DNA of 64,000 nt from Eledone cirrhosa. Lineage: Eukaryota. The notes under the pieces were generated by a model. That model had not been told where the DNA came from. It ran no database searches and saw nothing but the letters and a program-made list of their open reading frames with translations. Shown here in pieces: positions 56,054 through 64,000 of this stretch. The stretch covers positions 313,224,001 through 313,288,000 of the forward strand of contig OZ024742.1 of assembly GCA_964016885.1 (NCBI GenBank). Direction: 5' to 3'. Within the stretch, counting starts at the first letter, position 1; every line of letters begins with the position of its first letter. A program made the translations under genes and the position numbers.

Positions 56054-57155
56054 TAATATATATTTTAGAAATTAATATATAATTTAATTTAAATGTATTT
56101 AACCTATAATTTTAATTTAATTAAAAGTCTACTACAGATGAATTTTAAAAAATATTGTGTAATCATAAATTGTGAAAAACTTTTAAATATTATTAACATA
56201 ATTAATATATACTTTGGAAATTAATTTATAGATTAATTTTAGTTTATTTAACCTTTTATTAAAATTCCTTTACAGATGAAATATAACAAAATATCGTGTA
56301 ATCAATAACAGAGAAACACTTTTTAATATTATAAACCTAATTAATGTACAATTTAGAAATTAATTTATAAATTAATTTTAATTTAGTTAACCTATAATTT
56401 TAATTTAGTTAGCTTAAAATTAAAATTCTAATACAGATGGATTGCAGAATATCATGTAATCATAAACTGAGAAAAACTTTTAAATATATACCTAATTAAT
56501 ATATTCTTTACAAATAAATATATAGATTAATTTTAATTTTAGTTAACCTATAATTATATTCTACTATAGATAGAATACAAAATTTGCTTTAATTATTATA
56601 AACCTAATTAACATATACTATAGAAATTAATATATAATTTTTAATTTAGTTAACCTATAATTAATATTCTACTACCGATGAAATACTTGATTTGGCTTTC
56701 CCTATTACTAAATTCATTTCCTAAAATTGATACCATCATGTTAATATTTTTAATTTAGTTATGCTATAATTAATACTCTACTACTGTTTAACTTCAAAAT
56801 TCCGCTTTAAATATTATAAACCTAAGTAGTATACACCTTAGAAATTAATATATTAACTATTTTTACTTTAATTAACCTATAATTAATAGTCTACTTATAT
56901 TAAAATGCATAATTTTGCCTTCTTTCTGACACTACTATGTAAACACATATTATGATTTAAATGCAGATTAATATTCTATGTTCCTTGAAACCTATATTTA
57001 CTATTTCCCACTAATAATTTTAATCCCCCCCCCCTATAATTATTCGTATTTGTAAGTGTGGATGTATGTATGTGTATGTAAGTATGTATGTATGTTTGTG
57101 TGTTTGTATGTGAGCATAAAAATACATATGTGCACATGTAAATAAGTGTGTATGA

Positions 57156-57223
<68 letters not shown>

Positions 57224-58333
57224 ATGTATATGTGTATGTATGTATGTGTATGTATATGTATTTGTAGAGATGTGTGTATGTATGTGTATATATGTGCATA
57301 ATTGTCTGACTGTGTGTATTTATTTATTTTTTTAATATATATATATATATATGTGTGTGTATATATATTTATATGTATGTATATATGTATATGTATATAT
57401 GTGTGTATGTATGTCTCTATATTTATGTATGTCTGAGTTGTGTGTGAGTGTGTGGTTGTGTGTATATATACATGGGTATGTGTGTGTATGTATATATACG
57501 TGTATATATATGTGTGTGTGTGTATATATATGTATGTGTATATATATATGTGTGTATATATATATATGTATATGTATGTATATATATATGTATATGTATG
57601 TATGTGTGTATGTGTGTGTACATATATGTATATATATGTGTGTTGTGAGTATGTGTGTATCTATATATGTGTGTGTGTGTATGTGTATATGTATGTATAT
57701 ATATATATTTATATATGTATATATATGTATATATATATGCTACTGGTAACATGTATCCCAGTACAACCTGTCTCATGGTCGGGTCGTTGGCGACTAAACT
57801 GGCAACCCCACCAAGGTTTCTTGGTGAGGAGGGTGACTTTGGACATCCTGCAGGACTAAAAACAAAACCTGTCAAAGGGCAAAGGAGCTCTTAAGAGTCA
57901 ATGGCCATCCAAAATCACTGGGAGAGATGACCCCTTAGCCTTTGTCAAGGCAGAATTCTAGGAGAAGGAAAACTCTGATATAACACCTGCAACCCTGATG
58001 ATATCCAATGATGTTGACTTGTTCTTCTTTTTGGTAAATATCATCTTGGTTAAGAGAGTGGGAATGGCTTTGTGCAGTGCCTTTGCTCACTATAAAAGCT
58101 TCACGGCACAGGCATTGCTTTATATCTGGAGATCTCTCTGCACTTGTCGTCACATGATACCATGGGCCCAGCACTATGTGTCAATAATTGTCACAAGTGT
58201 AGTGTTTGTACCAAAGTTTTCAAGTCGCTGGCCGGACTGAAAAGTCACACTCGTTCAGCGCATCGGTAGGGGTTCTCCTACATGGATATAAAGTAGTGGC
58301 CGTACTCGAAAACGAGTTGGCAGCCACCATATG

Positions 58334-58409
<76 letters not shown>

Positions 58410-58648
58410 TGTATTTATATGTATGAGTATATCTTTTACTTGTTTATTTCTTTTAATATATTTCTTTTTATTTCTAAATTTATAGATTCGTTTTTATAAA
58501 TATGCTGAGTCTGACACCCTCTGTAATTTACTTACTCCCTTACCTATTTTTAGTTCTGCATTCAGATGTAAGTGTATGTGGCCGTGTTTATGTGTGCGCC
58601 TCAATATCCATATAGTTATAATAATAATATATACGTATGTGTGTGTGT

Positions 58649-58689
<41 letters not shown>

Positions 58690-59037
58690 TTCGTGGGTAT
58701 GTGTATGTTTATGTGTATATGCGTGTGTGTGTATGAATGTATGTATATGTGTGTATATATGAGTGTATATATGTATGTATACGTATGTGTATTTTGTCTG
58801 TGGATTATAAACATAGAGACATTAGCCCTGAATTTTTGTATTTACATACACTTTTTCGACATGCGTATGCATGTGAACATACATTTTTATGCATATCTGT
58901 GAACGAAGTTACTTGCATATATACACACACCTAACTGTATTTTCTTGATGTATTTTTATGTATTTCATTGGTCTATTTAAAATCTGTTCCCAAACAGACC
59001 TGTAATTTTGAATTGTTGTTATTATCAATAAATATAC

Positions 59038-59190
59038 TTCATTATTTCTGAAGACGGCATATGTATGTGTTGGTATGTATATTCTATTTGATAGTTTGTA
59101 TAATTTTGTATAATTTTGTACATAGATCTTTTGAATATGCATGCCAATTCTAACACATATATGTCCTAGAAACGATCGTTAAATAATGAA
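59038..59190 (+). ncRNA. Type-I HHR with ~115-nt helix II domain (mirror copy 50480-50632 on - strand has a C3U core change)
   Basis: TTCATTATTT-CTGAAGA-..-GAAAC-GATC-GTT-AAATAATGAA: perfect 10-bp helix I, palindromic helix III. Confidence 0.78.
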
Positions 59191-59311
59191 CTTTTTTTGT
59201 TTAATATAAGGAACTGTTTCATTGTTTTATTCATTATTTTTTTAATATTTTATATATATATATATATATATTGTATTGATTTTTATACATTATATATATA
59301 TATATATATGT

Positions 59312-60148
59312 ATATCATCATCATCAGCATCAACGTTTAACGTCCGTGTTCCACGCTTGCATGGGTTTGGACGGGGGTAGTCCCACTTGAGGCAAGAGTG
59401 ATTGTCTTGCTCGCATAGGACTGTCTGGCAGGTTTTCTACAGTTGGATGCCCTTCCTAACACCAACCACATTTACAGTGTGGGTCTGGGAGGTTTTTACC
59501 GTGTTGCCTACACGGCCACATTACAGCGTGGACTGTGTGTTTTTTTGTCGTGACACCTACACGATCTCATTTGTTTCGGCCTGGATGGTGTGGCACCAAC
59601 ATAACTTTACATAGAACGGGGTGGTGTGGATGGGGTGGGGGGTGGGGGTGGGACGGGGGGGGGGGTATTTTGTTAGAGATGCCTACTGGCTGTAGTAGGT
59701 TTTACTATGTATTTAGGTAAGGCGGGTCTTCTCTGTTACTGAGTACCGCCAAAGGTCTCGGTCCAGTGCCATTGTCTTGGAGAGGTGTAAGTGTGTGAGG
59801 TCGGAGTTTATCAGCTCGTCCCAGGTTTTTCTAGGTCTGCCTATTCCGTGGCTACCGTCTATCTTTATTGCCCTGCACTTTGTTATACAGCTATCGACTT
59901 TCATGCGCATCAAGTGTCCATACCAACGTAGCCTTCTCTCGAGTAAACAACATCTGATCCCTCTTATTTCTAATTTTTTCCTTAGTTCGTTTATGCTTTG
60001 CCGTTCACGTATATTACTGTTACACATCCAGCGGAGCATGCAAGCTTCGTTCCTCTCTAGTCTGCGTATATCCTCTGCACACAATGCCCAGGTCTCACTG
60101 CCATGCAACATTGCTGTTCGTATGCAGGCATCGTACAACCTGCCTTTC

Positions 60149-60150
<2 letters not shown>
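59312..60150 (-). mobile_element. 3' fragment of the PHD-RTE family
   Basis: ORF 59713-60150 matches the C-terminus of 12679-14391; 3' UTR and tail present. Confidence 0.92.
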
Positions 60151-60211
<61 letters not shown>

Positions 60212-60216
<5 letters not shown>

Positions 60217-60731
60217 GTATAAAAATCAATACAATATAATTACCTGATTACCAGAGGTTTCCCGAATGAGGCGAATACGAAAGAAACGCCTTCATTCGTT
60301 CGTCAGACGAGGCAATATAAAACATGGGTAAATACTTGGAAAGTCTCATCAAGAAAAGCAAAAAAAAATATAGACAAATGAATTAGAATATGAAATATAT
60401 AAAAATCTTTCAAGAAATATAGTTAGGTGTGTGTATATGTATGTATATACGCTCACAGATGTGCATATATGTGTATGCACATATGTATACGTATAGTGAA
60501 AAAGTGTGCGTAAATATATAATTTAGGGCAAATGTATCTGTGTATCTGTAATCTACAGACAGAATAGATACATCATTTTTTTTGCTTTTCTTGATGAGAC
60601 TTTCCAAGTATTTACCCATGTTTTATATTGCCTCGTCTGACGAACGAATGAAGACGTTTCTTTCATAAGCGCCTCATTCGGGAAACCTCTGGTAATGAGG
60701 TAATTATATTGTATTGATTTTTATACATTAA
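60212..60731. mobile_element. Fold-back pLTR-only element (~150-bp arms) with HHRs at 60239-60316 (-) and 60627-60704 (+)
   Basis: ATTGCCTCGT-CTGACGA-A-CGAATGA..TCATTCG-G-GAAACC-TCT-GGTA-ATGAGGTAAT; shares a terminal motif and spacer similarity with the Naiad-2 arm. Confidence 0.85.
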
Positions 60732-60804
60732 ATTTTGCTCTGGTACTTACATAGAGCACTCTTCACTTCTATGACCTTTTCTGTTTTCAACGGAAATTTC
60801 AATA

Positions 60805-60842
<38 letters not shown>

Positions 60843-60849
<7 letters not shown>

Positions 60850-62052
60850 AATTTATATCTAGTAACATTTATATACATACAGATGCATATCAATGCTAGC
60901 AAATATATAGGTTTTGTCTTAATAACATTGTGGTTCAATGCATGGGGTTGCAGAACAATAATATAAGAGACGTAAAATAAGAAAATTATAAAATTAACTT
61001 ACTTACTAAAATATCACTTCCAACTAATTACTGGAATGGAGTAAATATATTTTCCGAAGAATATATAAAAAAGCATTCCGTCGTCAGGAAAGTCTATTTT
61101 CGTGTAAGTTTCCAGGCATAGCGAGGACTCTGGAAACTTATGAAAAAAATAATTCAGTGGAGAGGAAATAGCGAAGCGTGGACTGAATTCCTAGCCATTG
61201 AGAAAATCACTGCCTCTACGTCTGTGGCAAATTCAAAAAGAATCAATCACGTGACATCGAGGTCAATCAGTGGAAAGCGAGTTGTTAATAAGACAGCGGC
61301 CTGCCTACTACCATAGCAGCAGTCATGGCCAATATTGCTCGACAAATGATTTGGAGATAATTATAAAGAATTTATATCTAGTAACATTTATATACATACA
61401 GATCCTGACGACGGAATGCTTTTCAATATATTCTTCGGAAAATATATTTACTCCATTCCAGAAACTAATTAGTTGGAAGTGATATTTTAGTAAGTAAGTT
61501 AATTTTATAATTTTCTTATTTTACGTCTCTTATATTATTGTTCTGCAACCCCATGCATTGAACCACAATGTTATTAAGACAAAACCTATATATTTGCTAG
61601 CATTGATATGCATCTGTATGTATATAAATGTTACTAGATATAAATTCTTTATAATTATCTCCAAATCATTTGTCAAGCAATATTGGCCATGACTGCTGCT
61701 ATGGTAGTAGGCAGGCCGCTGTCTTATTAACAACTCGCTTTCCACTGATTGACCTCGATGTCACGTGATTGATTCTTTTTGAATTTGCCACAGACGTAGA
61801 GGCAGTGATTTTCTCAATGGCTAGGAATTCAGTCCACGCTTCGCTATTTCCTCTCCACTGAATTATTTTTTTCATAAGTTTCCAGAGTCCTCGCTATGCC
61901 TGGAAACTTACACGAAAATAAACTTTCCTGACGACGGAATGCTTTTTTATATATTCTTCGGAAAATATATTTACTCCATTCCAGTAATTAGTTGGAAGTG
62001 ATATTTTAGTAAGTAACTTAATTTTATAATTTTCTTATTTTACGTCTCTTAT
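60843..62052. mobile_element. Retrozyme-like ~520-nt non-coding tandem unit with one HHR per monomer, in two opposed greater-than-unit-length blocks
   Basis: Period 519 (60844 to 61363) and 523 (61405 to 61928); HHR cores at 61016-61093 (-), 61405-61480 (+), 61922-61999 (+). Confidence 0.8.
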
Positions 62053-62939
<887 letters not shown>

Positions 62940-63832
62940 CAGGGTGTGGACGATATTTGTTCGCAAAATTACTGTCTAGGAAAAAATAACAAAGTAGTTT
63001 TATTTTTTAAGATTTATTTATCAAACTTGGGTCAGTTTGTCTTCATGACTTGTTCTTTCGATCTCACTCGATAAACCCGCCATTGGCTTTGATGACGGCC
63101 TCAAGGCAGCCTCGGAACCGGCTACAGGCGTTCGTCATTGTCCCCCGACTTAGGTCCCTAAAGGCACTTGTGATCCTAGCCTTCAGATCGTCTTTCGTAT
63201 TGCATCTAGATCTGTTGGTGTCTCGTTCCACTGCACCCCACACAAAGAAGTCAAGGGGGTTGCAGTCAGGTGAGCTGGGAGGCCAGATGTCAGGTGAAGT
63301 GTGGTCGACGAAGTTCTCTGACAGCCAGGCTTGGATCTTTTGGCTGGTATGGCAGGGCGCTGAGTCTTGCTGCCACACGTATGGCCTACCTGCAGCTACC
63401 TGGTCGATCCAGGGCTTTACTACCTTGCTCAGAACACGGATGTAGCCATCGGTGTTCAGCTTGAGACCCTCAGGGAAGAAGTGAGGTGGAATTAAGTCAC
63501 GTTGACTACTGACGACACCTAAGACCAATTGTTGTCGCTGGAAACCTTGTCTGCATGACTCTGGGCACATCTTTGGATGAGACAGCGAGTCACCTGTTGT
63601 TCTGTGAGTTTATCTTCTGGTCTTATTTGTTCTCCCAGCGCGGATTCCAAGAAGAACTTTGTGTCTCTTCCACAAATTTTGAGGTTCAAAATTATTCACA
63701 ATCAATTATTCTGAAAATAAATAATGGAAATATAGTCACTGTTTTTATGAAGAGAAGAGTGACAGTGGAAGTAAAAAAAATTTGCATAAAATTAGCAGTT
63801 GAAAATTGCGAACAAATATCGTCTGCACCCTG
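62940..63832 (-). mobile_element. Internally deleted Tc1/mariner DD37D (maT) transposon
   Basis: TIRs CAGGGTG(TG/CA)GACGATATTTGTTCGCAA, TA flanks; WQQDSAPCH..WPPSSPDCNPLD with 37 residues between the last two Asp. Confidence 0.92.
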
Positions 63833-63871
<39 letters not shown>

Positions 63872-64000
63872 GTATGTATGTATATGTATGTAATCTGAGT
63901 TTTTCGAATATTAATAATAACATTCGATTTGTTTGCAATTATGCAAACAAGCCTCATTTTTATAGCCTTGTCAGTAGAATGAACTCTTCATTCTTGCTCT

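Larger units (their letters stand above)
50044..59626. repeat. ~9.6-kb palindrome: arms ~50044-54735 and ~55567-59626, ~830-bp spacer
   Basis: Mirror-image ORF pairs (e.g. 50528 with 58909, 50856 with 58494, 51502 with 57935); few substitutions; one extra insert in the left arm. Confidence 0.95.

Noticed and set aside
50044-59626. Palindrome as a pure read fold-back artefact
   Set aside because: Arms differ by substitutions and a 600-bp insert, and the centre is a PLE junction; not fully excluded without reads

Overview
Eukaryotic, gene-free, almost wholly repetitive window. The (AT)n-saturated background and the SINE/RTE/Penelope content look like an Octopus/cephalopod genome (inference). 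Contents: an 11.2-kb 32/35-bp satellite with 1.07-kb and 4.2-kb higher-order repeats that runs directly into a tRNA-derived SINE; several non-LTR retrotransposons (PHD-finger RTE family, RTE with C-terminal C2H2 fingers, CR1/L2-like, R4/Dong-like in TAA repeats); many SINEs; hAT and Tc1/mariner MITEs; an internally deleted DD37D (maT) transposon. The main signal is a dense set of Penelope-like elements (PLEs; a near-intact Naiad-type copy plus truncated and inverted copies). Alongside them are about 17 type-I hammerhead ribozyme (HHR) motifs, read by eye, in at least 7 unrelated sequence contexts. These include a non-coding ~520-nt HHR-delimited tandem unit (retrozyme-like), small HHR plus octamer-motif elements, and HHRs with very long helix II. 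Three different PLE insertions also carry an inverted duplicate of their flanking DNA at the opposite end, one of them forming a ~9.6-kb palindrome. No host protein-coding gene is supported. Repeat boundaries are approximate (tens of bp).
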